Program-made: the position numbers and the translations under genes
Notes under the pieces: model-generated
The model's database searches: none
Seen by the model: the letters and a program-made list of their open reading frames with translations, nothing else
What the model was told of the DNA's origin: nothing
Assembly (NCBI GenBank): GCA_963695225.1
Contig: OY968762.1
Location: 2,592,001 to 2,656,000, forward strand
DNA length: 64,000 bases
DNA from: Vulcanimicrobiota bacterium
GTDB lineage: Bacteria; Vulcanimicrobiota; Vulcanimicrobiia; Vulcanimicrobiales; Vulcanimicrobiaceae
Direction of reading: 5' to 3'
Shown here: positions 1-8,872 of the stretch, in pieces
How positions within the stretch are numbered: the first letter of the stretch is position 1
Layout of the letters: each line of letters opens with the position of its first letter

Positions 1-367
1 AGATGCGCTGGGCCGCCTCGCCTCGCGCAAGGAGATGTATCGCAGCAACGGCGTCGCGTATTATCGCCCCTGGGTTTTCCTGATCACGGACGGCGAGCCG
101 ACGGACGACTATCTTACCGTCGCCAAGGACGTTCGCGCCGGCGAAGCGCGGGGAGCCTTTTCGTTCTACGCGGTCGGCGTCAGCGACGCGAACATGCAGA
201 AGCTCACCGAGATCGCGCCGGTGAATCGTCCGCCGGTCAAGCTCGACGGCTTGCGTTTCCGCGAACTCTTCGTATGGCTCTCGAAATCGATGCGCACGGT
301 CTCGCGGTCGACCATCGGGCAGGCCGTCACGCTCGAAGCGCCAGGGTGGATCACGACGCAAGCGTGA
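1..367 (+). CDS. vWA-domain protein (TerY/YegL-like), 5' truncated by window edge
   Basis: YYRPWVFLITDGEPTD and FYAVGV...ELFVWLSKS motifs typical of TerY-type vWA proteins. Confidence 0.85.
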   Translation, partial: DALGRLASRKEMYRSNGVAYYRPWVFLITDGEPTDDYLTVAKDVRAGEARGAFSFYAVGVSDANMQKLTEIAPVNRPPVKLDGLRFRELFVWLSKSMRTVSRSTIGQAVTLEAPGWITTQA

Positions 368-437
368 ATCGGGGGCGCGACTGCGCGCCCCCGCGCCGCC
401 GGTTCCGCGCCGCAGACCGGCGCCGGGGCGGCCTTTG

Positions 438-2393
438 ATGTTTCGCGACTCGTCCGGCGCGACGCTCACGATCGGCAAGAAGCTCGGCGAGGGCGGTGAG
501 GGCGTCGTCTTCACGACGAACGAACGCAGCGACGTCGTCGCGAAGATCTACTCGCGCCCGTTGACGCCGCTCCAGGTCGCCAAGCTCGAGCAGATGGTCT
601 ACGCGGGTGACGACGCGCTCGGATCGGTCGCCGCCTGGCCCACTTCGATGTTGTACAAGGGCGCGCAGCCGGTCGGCTTCACGATGCCGCTCTTGACCTC
701 GCAGCATCCGCTGCACGATCTCTTCGGTCCGAGACGCCGCCAGGCGCTCTTCCCGAACGCGCACTGGAGCTTCCTCGTCCACACCGGCATCAACCTATCG
801 CGAGCGTTCGAGGTGCTGCACGACCGCAACGTCGTCGTCGGCGACGTCAACTCGAACAACGTCGTCATCTTCCGCGATTCGACCGCGCGCTTGATCGATT
901 GCGACAGCTTCCAGATTCGCAGCAACGGGACGGTCTTTCGTTGCAACGTGGGCGTGGCGGAATACCAGCCGCCGGAGTTGCAGGGCGGCGATTTCTCGCG
1001 GATCGACCGGCTCCCGCACCACGACCTCTTCGGCCTGGCGGTGATGATCTTCCAGCTATTGTTCGTCGGGAAGCATCCCTTTGCGGGCATCCTTCCGACG
1101 ATCGGGCACGACGCCATGCCGATCGGAGCGAACGTCGCCGCCCGCCGCTTCTTCTACGGCGGGGACGAGCAGCGCCGGGGCCTGCGCCCGCCGCCCGGCA
1201 GCCTGGCGCTCACCGCGATCACGCCGCAGCTCTCGACGCTCTTCCAACGCGCGTTCGTCGGCGACCCCATGCGCCGCCCGAACGCCGCGGCCTGGCGCAC
1301 CGCGCTCGACGACCTCAAGGCGAAGACGGTCGTCTGCCGCTGGAATCCGTTGCATCATTATCTGCGCGGGACGGCCTGCCCGTGGTGCGATCTCGAGAGC
1401 TCCGGACTCTACTATTTCAACGACGGCGCGCTTGCGAGCGGGCACGACGAGCAAATCTGGCAGGGTTGCAGCGATGCGGAGGTGGAGCGCATCTGGGCCG
1501 AGATCGAGGCGGTCCAGCCGCCGCCGGAAGTCGATCCGACGATCGAGCCGGTGCGCACCTACGAGCCCGAGCCCATCGCGCTGTGGCTCAAGCATCGCCG
1601 CAGATCGTATCGCGACGGCGCCATCGCCACGATCGCCGCTTCCGGCGCGTTGCTCTTCCTGCACAAGCCTTGGCTCGCGATGGGGCTCGTGCTCGCGGTG
1701 CTCGTCCTGGGATTCATCTTTCGGCCGGATGCGCGCACCGTCGCCACGCAGCGCGCGAAGCGGCACGCCGAGGCACGCAGGGTCTTCAAGGCCGCGGAAC
1801 GCGAGTGGACGCGCGCGGCCCGGAACACGCGCTTCGCCGAGGAGCGGGAACGGCTTGCCCGCATCAAGGCCAGGTTGCTGGACCAGCGCGCGCGCTACGC
1901 CGCGGAGCTTGCCGGGCTCGAGAAGAGCCGGGAGCGCAAGGAACGCAACGCGCTCCTCGCGCGCCACACGATCGCTGCCTGCAACATCTCGGAGATCACC
2001 TGGCAGACGCGGCTGCTCCTGCGCTCGTGGGGAATCGAGACCGCAGCCGACGTGACGTTCGATAACCTCGAGCGCGTCCCGGGGCTCTGGCGGCCCGCGA
2101 AGTACTATCTTCTGGCTTGGCGCCAGACCGTCGAACGCAGGCTCAACTACAAGCCGAAGAAGGGCCTAGGCCCGGAGATCGTCCGCGAGTTCAAATCGGC
2201 CCACACGCGCGAGCGGAACGAAAACCACGCGCAGCTCGCCGCCGGCGCCGCGCAACTCCGCCAAATCGCGCTGGAGACGCAGCGCCAGCGCCCCGCGCTC
2301 GAAAAGGCCGCCCGCGAGGCCGCCGAGGTCTATTGGCAAGCGCAAGCCGACGACAACCTCTCCCCGCTCCTCTATTGGACCGCCTTCATGTAG
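438..2393 (+). CDS. YegI-like atypical Ser/Thr protein kinase with TM segments and C-terminal helical region
   Basis: GEGGEG Gly loop, VAKIY, VGDVNSNN catalytic loop, IDCDSF in place of DFG, CPWC motif, hydrophobic hairpin. Confidence 0.85.
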   Translation: MFRDSSGATLTIGKKLGEGGEGVVFTTNERSDVVAKIYSRPLTPLQVAKLEQMVYAGDDALGSVAAWPTSMLYKGAQPVGFTMPLLTSQHPLHDLFGPRRRQALFPNAHWSFLVHTGINLSRAFEVLHDRNVVVGDVNSNNVVIFRDSTARLIDCDSFQIRSNGTVFRCNVGVAEYQPPELQGGDFSRIDRLPHHDLFGLAVMIFQLLFVGKHPFAGILPTIGHDAMPIGANVAARRFFYGGDEQRRGLRPPPGSLALTAITPQLSTLFQRAFVGDPMRRPNAAAWRTALDDLKAKTVVCRWNPLHHYLRGTACPWCDLESSGLYYFNDGALASGHDEQIWQGCSDAEVERIWAEIEAVQPPPEVDPTIEPVRTYEPEPIALWLKHRRRSYRDGAIATIAASGALLFLHKPWLAMGLVLAVLVLGFIFRPDARTVATQRAKRHAEARRVFKAAEREWTRAARNTRFAEERERLARIKARLLDQRARYAAELAGLEKSRERKERNALLARHTIAACNISEITWQTRLLLRSWGIETAADVTFDNLERVPGLWRPAKYYLLAWRQTVERRLNYKPKKGLGPEIVREFKSAHTRERNENHAQLAAGAAQLRQIALETQRQRPALEKAAREAAEVYWQAQADDNLSPLLYWTAFM

Positions 2394-2524
2394 GCACCGC
2401 CGGCCGAACCCCGGATCGCCCCGCCGGTGCGCGACCGGTTCGCCCGGGGCGGCGAAGCCGTCGCGGGGCATTCGTGGAAACGGCGAGAAGTGCGAACCGA
2501 TATGAAACCGCTGGATGCGCGAGG

Positions 2525-3070
2525 ATGAGGGGCTCGACGCGGGGGCTGCGAATCGCGCTGGCGGTCTGGGGCGCCTGGGAGATCCTCAACGGCGTGCTGG
2601 CCACGTTCGTGACGAAGGCCGGCGCAGAGATGGTCGGCTGGGCCCCCAAGTTCGGCTGGAATTCGGACATCCTCGCGATGAGCGCGCAGTACGGCATGGG
2701 CCTGTTCCTGCTCGGCTTCGTCTACCTGCTGGCCTCGACCGACCCGGTCCGCTACGCGATCTTCGTGTGGGTCGCCGTCGCCGAACAGGGCCTCGGGATC
2801 CTCATCGGCTTCAACGGCACGTTCGTCGTCCGCACCATCACCGTTCCGCAATTCTTCGCGCTGGTCATCATCAACCTCATCATCGCCACGATCTTCCTCA
2901 CGCTACGCCAAGACGAACCGGCTACACTTGCGCCGCCGCTCGGCGCCGGTTCCCACGCGCCCGAAGCCGCGCGAGCCACCGCAGCGCACGCCGCGACCCA
3001 CTCCAACGGATCGATCCCGCCCGTCCCCGCCCCCGACCTCGCAAGCGCCCAAAGCGGCCCGCCTGCCTGA
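2525..3070 (+). CDS. ~4-TM membrane protein of unknown function (paralog A)
   Basis: ATG at 2525; strong similarity to the 3513-3965 product (WGAWE, GWNSD.LAMS.QYGM, FVWVAVAEQGLGILIG). Confidence 0.75.
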   Translation: MRGSTRGLRIALAVWGAWEILNGVLATFVTKAGAEMVGWAPKFGWNSDILAMSAQYGMGLFLLGFVYLLASTDPVRYAIFVWVAVAEQGLGILIGFNGTFVVRTITVPQFFALVIINLIIATIFLTLRQDEPATLAPPLGAGSHAPEAARATAAHAATHSNGSIPPVPAPDLASAQSGPPA

Positions 3071-3155
3071 GCCATCGTCTCCCGAGGGGCGGCCCGCTCC
3101 CGCCTTCCGATCCGCGGTCTTGCTCGCCGGCGTCCGGCGGCTGGATGCCGGATTC

Positions 3156-3497
3156 TTAGCCTAAGGCGTCGCCGTCGTTCCCGGGCGGGGTGAGGCCTTT
3201 GCGTAAGTCCGCCGCTTCGGCGAGGCGTTTCTGCTCGCCGGCCGGCGTCGTGTGCGTGTGCAGATGCGTCGCTCCGAAGCGCTCGATGCAAGCGGCGCGC
3301 TCCGGTCCGTCGGAGAGCGCCTCCAGGCTTTCGCACTCGCCGACGAAGACCGCCCGCCAAAGTCCGTTCACGCGCTTGGCGTAGATGTAGTTGCCCGCCG
3401 CGCCCTGCATCGGCCGGTCGAGCGCGTAGATCCAGTAGCCGTAGCGCGTCCCGGAAGCGCCTTTCCAGAAGATGTCCGGCAGGAGGGGAGCGGCCAT
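3156..3497 (-). CDS. hypothetical protein, possibly GIY-YIG-like fold
   Basis: 113-aa ORF with GAGGA RBS; GNYIYA...VFVGE pattern. Confidence 0.65.
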   Translation of the reverse strand: MAAPLLPDIFWKGASGTRYGYWIYALDRPMQGAAGNYIYAKRVNGLWRAVFVGECESLEALSDGPERAACIERFGATHLHTHTTPAGEQKRLAEAADLRKGLTPPGNDGDALG

Positions 3498-3512
3498 GCA
3501 ATCGTGTCCTCG

Positions 3513-3965
3513 TTAGCCTTCGGCGCGCGCGCGGGCGGCGTGCGCCGCGGCCGGCTGCGCGACGTGCTCCGGCCGTTCGCTCGGGCGGAGCAAGATGAAG
3601 ACGGCGGCGATGATCGTGTTGGTGATGACGAACGCCAAGAACAGCCCCATCGGCGCCGAGTGGGCCACGAACGTGTCGTAGGAGCCGATCAGGATTCCGA
3701 GCCCCTGTTCGGCGACGGCGACCCAGACGAACGCCGCGTAGCGCACGGGGTTCGTCGCGGCGAGCAAGTACGCGAAGCCGAGCAAGAACATCGTCATCCC
3801 GTACTGCTGGCTCATCGCGAGCACGTCCGAGTTCCAGCCGAAGGCGGGATCCCAGCCGACCATCCGCGCGCCGAGGTGCGGCGCGAACGTCGCGAGCGCC
3901 GCGTTCGCCAACTCCCACGCGCCCCAAAAGACGAATGCGGCGCGCAGCGGGGTCCCCGATCTCAC
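3513..3965 (-). CDS. ~4-TM membrane protein of unknown function (paralog B)
   Basis: GTG start overlaps the TGA of the upstream Crp gene (GTGA); paralogous to 2525-3070. Confidence 0.75.
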   Translation of the reverse strand: MRSGTPLRAAFVFWGAWELANAALATFAPHLGARMVGWDPAFGWNSDVLAMSQQYGMTMFLLGFAYLLAATNPVRYAAFVWVAVAEQGLGILIGSYDTFVAHSAPMGLFLAFVITNTIIAAVFILLRPSERPEHVAQPAAAHAARARAEG

Positions 3966-5062
3966 GAAAGCGAGCCGTTCCGGAACACCTCGGCGAGGCG
4001 CTCCACGTCCAGGATCACGATCGAGGACGCGTTGCGATGGACGTCGATGATCCCGAGCTCGCGCAGCTCGGAGAGCTTGCGCGTCACCGTGACGCGATTC
4101 GCCCCGACCATTTCCGCGAGCCGCTTGTGCGTGAGCGGCTGGTTGACGCGTCGCACCATCCGGTCGCCGATCTTGACGGTCTCGGAGAGCTCGAACAGCG
4201 CGCGGCACAGGCGCAGGTCGACGCTCTTGTTGAGCAGGTCCTCGATCAGCAGGTGCGATTCGTTCAAGCGGCGCCCGAAGCTCGAAGCGAATTCCGCCAC
4301 CGCCTCGGGTGACGCGGCGAGGACGTCGCCCAGCGTCTGCTTCGAGAACGCGAGCAGCGTCGTATCCTGCATCGCTTCGCCCCCCAAGCTGACGAGTGCG
4401 GCTTCGGGGCCGACGCAGCGCAGGAACAGCTCGTTCGAGCTCAAGATCGAGAGCGTGAGCGAACGCCCGTCGGAGTGGGTCGCGTAGAGCCGCAGCAGCC
4501 CGCTCTCGACGAAGTAGAACCGCGTGTCCGGCTCCCGGCTCGTGGGGATGTGCTCGCCTTTGCGCAGGAGGATCTGCGTGTGCAGCTTGCGCCGGACCGC
4601 CCGCTCGATCGCGTCGCGTTTGTCGTTGGAGTGCGGAAGCGTCAGCTTCGGGCGCGGGGGCGCCTTTGCGTCGGCCCGCACCGAGCTGTACCCTTCGAGG
4701 ATCGCCGTCGAGACGAGCGTCCGCAGTTCGACCAGCTCGCGAAACACGGGGATCGGCGGGACGCCGAGCGTGTTCGCGACCGCGAGCTCGATGAGGTTCG
4801 TCATCTCGATCGTCCGGCGCGCCGCTTCGGGGTAGGTCGTCCCGGTGATCGATTGGATCTTCCCCGCGGCGCGCGCGGATTCGAGGAGGTGGTCGTAGCG
4901 CGAGTTGTGCGCCGCCTCGACCATCGCTTCCCACGAGCGGTAGCCCTGGTTGATGAACTCCGGGTGGGGCTTCGTATGGAACTCGGTTTGGCTGCGCTCG
5001 ACCCAGCGTGCCGCATACCACTCGGCACTGTCGCGCAACATTCTCGCGAGTTCTTTGGACAC
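3962..5062 (-). CDS. Crp/Fnr-family regulator with extra N-terminal helical domain and NtcA-like HTH
   Basis: cNMP-type beta-barrel (FYFVESGLLRL) and HTH LTHKRLAEMVGANRVTVTRKL; GTG start overlaps bchH TAG (alternative ATG at 5041). Confidence 0.88.
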   Translation of the reverse strand: MSKELARMLRDSAEWYAARWVERSQTEFHTKPHPEFINQGYRSWEAMVEAAHNSRYDHLLESARAAGKIQSITGTTYPEAARRTIEMTNLIELAVANTLGVPPIPVFRELVELRTLVSTAILEGYSSVRADAKAPPRPKLTLPHSNDKRDAIERAVRRKLHTQILLRKGEHIPTSREPDTRFYFVESGLLRLYATHSDGRSLTLSILSSNELFLRCVGPEAALVSLGGEAMQDTTLLAFSKQTLGDVLAASPEAVAEFASSFGRRLNESHLLIEDLLNKSVDLRLCRALFELSETVKIGDRMVRRVNQPLTHKRLAEMVGANRVTVTRKLSELRELGIIDVHRNASSIVILDVERLAEVFRNGSLS

Positions 5063-8000
5063 TAGCCTGCGCCTTCGAGACGGTCCGTGCAGTCCTCGTA
5101 AATCGATTTCAGCCGGGCGATCGTCTCCTCGTCGGAGTTCCACAGCCCCCGGCCGTTTGCTTCGAGGAGCCTGCCCGAGATGTTCTTCATCGCGCCCGGA
5201 TTCAGCTTCTGGAGCCGTTCGCGCATCGTGTCGTCGAGGGCGAACGTCTGCGCCGCATCGTTCCAGACCCAATCGTCGACGGCCGAGGTGACGGCGTCCC
5301 AGCCGAGCATATACGTGAACCGGTTGCTGATCTCGGCCGCTCCGGAGTTCCCGTGCTCGAGCATCCCCTCGTACCAGCGCGGGTTGAGCAGCTTCGTGCG
5401 GTACTCCGTGCGCAGCACCTGGTCGACGTCGCGGACGGTCGTCTCCGCCGTGAACGATTCGACGTAGTTGAGCTTCACGCCGGAGGGCGCGCCGGAGCGC
5501 CGCTTCGCCGCCATGAAGAGCGCGCCGGAGGACGAGAAGTAGTGGTCGATGTCGGAGATTCCGAACTCGATCGAGTCGATCTCCTGCACGACGCGGCCGA
5601 CCGTGCCGAGCAGGCGATCGAGGATCTGCGGGACCGGTTGCCCGTGCCGTCCGTTTCCGTAGGCGTACGAGTTGCGCCGCAGGTAGACCGACTCGAGATC
5701 GTCTTGCGTCTTCCAGGCCGAGTCGTCGACCATGTCGTCGACGTACGTGCCGTACGATCCGGGCGCTTGCGTGAGGACGCGCGCGCTCGCGTCGTCGAAC
5801 GTCGTCCCGCGTTCCATCTCGTCGGCTACGTGCTTCTTGATGTAGTTCATCTCGACGGGTTCGTCGGCCGCCGCGGCCGCGCGGATCACCTTGTCGAGAT
5901 AGTCCATCACGACTTCGAACGTGTCGCGGAAGACGGGGCTCAGGTTCAGGACGACGTCGATGCGCGGACGGCCGAGCTCGGCGAGCGGGATCAACTCGTA
6001 GTGGCTGATCTTCCCTTGCCCGTCGTAGGCCGGGCGCGCGCCGATGAAATGCAGCACGGTCGCGACCGCTTCACCCTTGGTCTTGATCGTGTCCAGCCCC
6101 CACAGGACTTGGGCGATCGATTCCGGGTAGACCCCGCCGCTCTCTTCGAGATGCCGTTTCACGATCGTCGCGCCGATCTTCGAACCGCGCAGGTACGCGG
6201 CTTCCGAGGGGATGCGCCACGGATCGATCGCGTGCAGGTTCCGTCCCGTCGGCATCACGCTCGCGCCGTCGCGAATCAGGTCACCGCCCGGCGCCGGAGC
6301 GATGAATCCGCCGGAGAGCGCGCGGGCGATCGCGTCCAACTCGCAACGGTTGTCGGCAAGCGCGATCTTGAGGGACCGGCCGTAATCGACGGCCTCGCGC
6401 AGATGCTCGGCGACGCCGGCTTCGAGGTGATGGTGCGAGCCGACGGCGGCGCCGAACGCGGCGACGGGGGGCTCGTCGGAGAAGATCGAGCGTTCGACGA
6501 ACGCCTGGCACGCGCTGTCGACGGCTTGGCGGAGTTCGAGCGCGACGGGGTCGCCTTTGCGCGCGCGCGTCGAGATGTCGGCGTATCCGCCTGCGGTGCC
6601 GGGTTGGAGCGCCTTGATCGCGAGGCTCGCAACCGAACTCCCGTTGCCGTGCGCCTTGAGCGCCTCGGTCACGAGCGTGACCTGCGTCGAGGGTGCGGCG
6701 GCGACGCCCAAGACGTGGAGCGTCCCCGTGATGAGCCGCTCTTGCAACTCGTGCAGGTAGGCGTAGAGCCGGCTCGCGTAGGTGCCGAACGCTTCGCCCG
6801 CCATGCGCGGACAGTCGGTGTCGATGTTGGCGAGCGCGACGCGCTCCATGATCGCCTCTTCGATCGCGGGATCGAGGGCGGCGCTCTCCGCTCCGGCTGC
6901 GCGGAGCCGCTCGCGGTAGTCCGTCAGCAGATCGTTCAGTTGCAGCAGCTCTTTGTAGAGCCCGGCGCGCGAGAGCGGGGGAACCGCGTGCGAGATCATC
7001 GTCGCGTAGCCGCGCCGCTTCGCGAGGTTCGCTTCGCTCGGATTGTTCGACGGATACAAATACAGATGCGGCAGCTCGCCGAGCAGCGCGTCCGGCCAGC
7101 AGTCGCTCGTCAGACCGAGCTGGAGCCCCGGCATCCATTCGGCCGAGCCGTGCATGCCGACGTGGATCATCGCGTCCGCGCGATACTGTCGCGATACGTA
7201 GCGATAGAACGCGAGGTACTGATACGGCGGGACGTTCTCTTTGTCGAAGAGCAGCCGCATCGGGTCGCCTTCGAGATAATAGCGCGGCTGGATGCCGACG
7301 TAGATGTTGCCGAACTGCAGGCCGCCGACGAAGACCGCGTCCCGCCCCATCGCGCCCATCTCGCCCGGGAACGAACCCCAGCGCGCTTCGAGGCGTTCGC
7401 GTTCGCGCGGCGAGGTGATCTCGCGGAATTGCGCGCGCGTCACGACGCGGGCTTGCCCGGACGTCACGGCTTGGTGCGAATCGGTTGCGACGTCGATTTG
7501 GTGCAAGAGTTCTTCGCGCGTCGCCGGGAGCTCGCCGACGGAGTAGCCTTCGGCCTTGAGCTTACGCAGCAGCTCGAGGATGCTCGACGGGACGTCGAGC
7601 AGCGCCGCCGTCGCTTTCTTCCCGACGCCGGGAGGAAAGTCGTATGCGACGATCGCGATGCGTTTCTCGGAGTTCTTCTTGCGGCGCAACGCGACCCAGC
7701 GCGACGTGAGATCGGCCAAACGCGCCAAGCGGTCCGGCTCGGCGACGAAGCGCCCGTCCTTGAGCGCGCCGAGGACGACGGGCGAAATCGCGCCGTCCAT
7801 CTCCGGCACGGAGTAGAGCACCGCCGACTGCATCGGGCCGACGCCGTGTTCTTTCCAATCCGCGTAATCCTGCACGTAGAGCGGTTGCGTGACGATGTAG
7901 GGTGCGTTGAGCTTCGAGAGGATCTCGAGCGAGATCTCGGCCGCCTGACCGGCTTTCGTCGAACCGGCCGGCCCGCCGACGAGCGCGAAGCCGATCGTGC

Positions 8001-8871
8001 TGACGAGCGCGTCGAGGCGCTCCTTCGCGAGCCATTCGCGCACCGCGACGTGCGATTCGATCCCCGTTACGAAGACGGGATAGACGTAGAGCTTGCGCGC
8101 TTCCAGCGCGCGCAGCACGTCGTCGATGTAGCCTTTGTCCTGCAGCAGATGCTTGCGGAAGAAGAGCAGACCGATCGTGCCCTGCGCGTTTTGCGGTTTT
8201 CCGCGGCGGTCGCGCCAGCGGCGGAAGGCCTTCGGATCGTGGAACAGATCCGGCGCGTCCGGGTGGTAGAGGCCCATCAGCGGAACGTCGGAGGCCGGCT
8301 CCACGCGCGCCGTCCCGCCGAAATACTCGCGCAGGATGAAGCGGAACATGTTGACGATGTTCGACGCTTCCGGCTGGTTCCAGTAGATGTTGACCTGCAT
8401 CCAGTTCTTGAAGTCGTGCATCCGTTCGGGGATGAAACGCATCATCACGCGCGTGAACTTCATCAGCTTGGTGAAGCCGTAGAGCGTGTCTTCCTCGCGC
8501 CCGCCGACGAGCATCCGCGCGACCTTCTTCATGCCCTCGGGCATGCCGGTCTTGCCGGCCATCGAATACTCGCCGACCTTCGTCAGCGACATCACCTCGG
8601 GCATCGACTCGAACGCGAAGACGGTCTTCGCGCGCGATTGCAGGACTTGCTCGCGCAGCCAATCCGCCTCGGTCTTGAAGTTGAGCATCGTCATGAAGAC
8701 GCAATCCGCATCGCGAATCGCCTGCGCCGCCTCGGGAGACTGCTTTTGCAGATCTTTTTCGGTGAAGCGCGAGAGCGTGGCGTCGGGTGCGATCTGTTCG
8801 TGAACCTCGCGCCAGAGCGCCTCGTTATAGTGCTCCATGCCGACGACGGCAACGATGTGCGGTTTGCTCAT
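5062..8871 (-). CDS. bchH: magnesium chelatase subunit H
   Basis: 1269 aa; HVGMHGSAEWMPG, NNPSEANLAKRR, PTGRNLHAIDP, RTKLLNPRWYEGML motifs. Confidence 0.97.
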   Translation of the reverse strand: MSKPHIVAVVGMEHYNEALWREVHEQIAPDATLSRFTEKDLQKQSPEAAQAIRDADCVFMTMLNFKTEADWLREQVLQSRAKTVFAFESMPEVMSLTKVGEYSMAGKTGMPEGMKKVARMLVGGREEDTLYGFTKLMKFTRVMMRFIPERMHDFKNWMQVNIYWNQPEASNIVNMFRFILREYFGGTARVEPASDVPLMGLYHPDAPDLFHDPKAFRRWRDRRGKPQNAQGTIGLLFFRKHLLQDKGYIDDVLRALEARKLYVYPVFVTGIESHVAVREWLAKERLDALVSTIGFALVGGPAGSTKAGQAAEISLEILSKLNAPYIVTQPLYVQDYADWKEHGVGPMQSAVLYSVPEMDGAISPVVLGALKDGRFVAEPDRLARLADLTSRWVALRRKKNSEKRIAIVAYDFPPGVGKKATAALLDVPSSILELLRKLKAEGYSVGELPATREELLHQIDVATDSHQAVTSGQARVVTRAQFREITSPRERERLEARWGSFPGEMGAMGRDAVFVGGLQFGNIYVGIQPRYYLEGDPMRLLFDKENVPPYQYLAFYRYVSRQYRADAMIHVGMHGSAEWMPGLQLGLTSDCWPDALLGELPHLYLYPSNNPSEANLAKRRGYATMISHAVPPLSRAGLYKELLQLNDLLTDYRERLRAAGAESAALDPAIEEAIMERVALANIDTDCPRMAGEAFGTYASRLYAYLHELQERLITGTLHVLGVAAAPSTQVTLVTEALKAHGNGSSVASLAIKALQPGTAGGYADISTRARKGDPVALELRQAVDSACQAFVERSIFSDEPPVAAFGAAVGSHHHLEAGVAEHLREAVDYGRSLKIALADNRCELDAIARALSGGFIAPAPGGDLIRDGASVMPTGRNLHAIDPWRIPSEAAYLRGSKIGATIVKRHLEESGGVYPESIAQVLWGLDTIKTKGEAVATVLHFIGARPAYDGQGKISHYELIPLAELGRPRIDVVLNLSPVFRDTFEVVMDYLDKVIRAAAAADEPVEMNYIKKHVADEMERGTTFDDASARVLTQAPGSYGTYVDDMVDDSAWKTQDDLESVYLRRNSYAYGNGRHGQPVPQILDRLLGTVGRVVQEIDSIEFGISDIDHYFSSSGALFMAAKRRSGAPSGVKLNYVESFTAETTVRDVDQVLRTEYRTKLLNPRWYEGMLEHGNSGAAEISNRFTYMLGWDAVTSAVDDWVWNDAAQTFALDDTMRERLQKLNPGAMKNISGRLLEANGRGLWNSDEETIARLKSIYEDCTDRLEGAG

Positions 8872-8872
8872 G

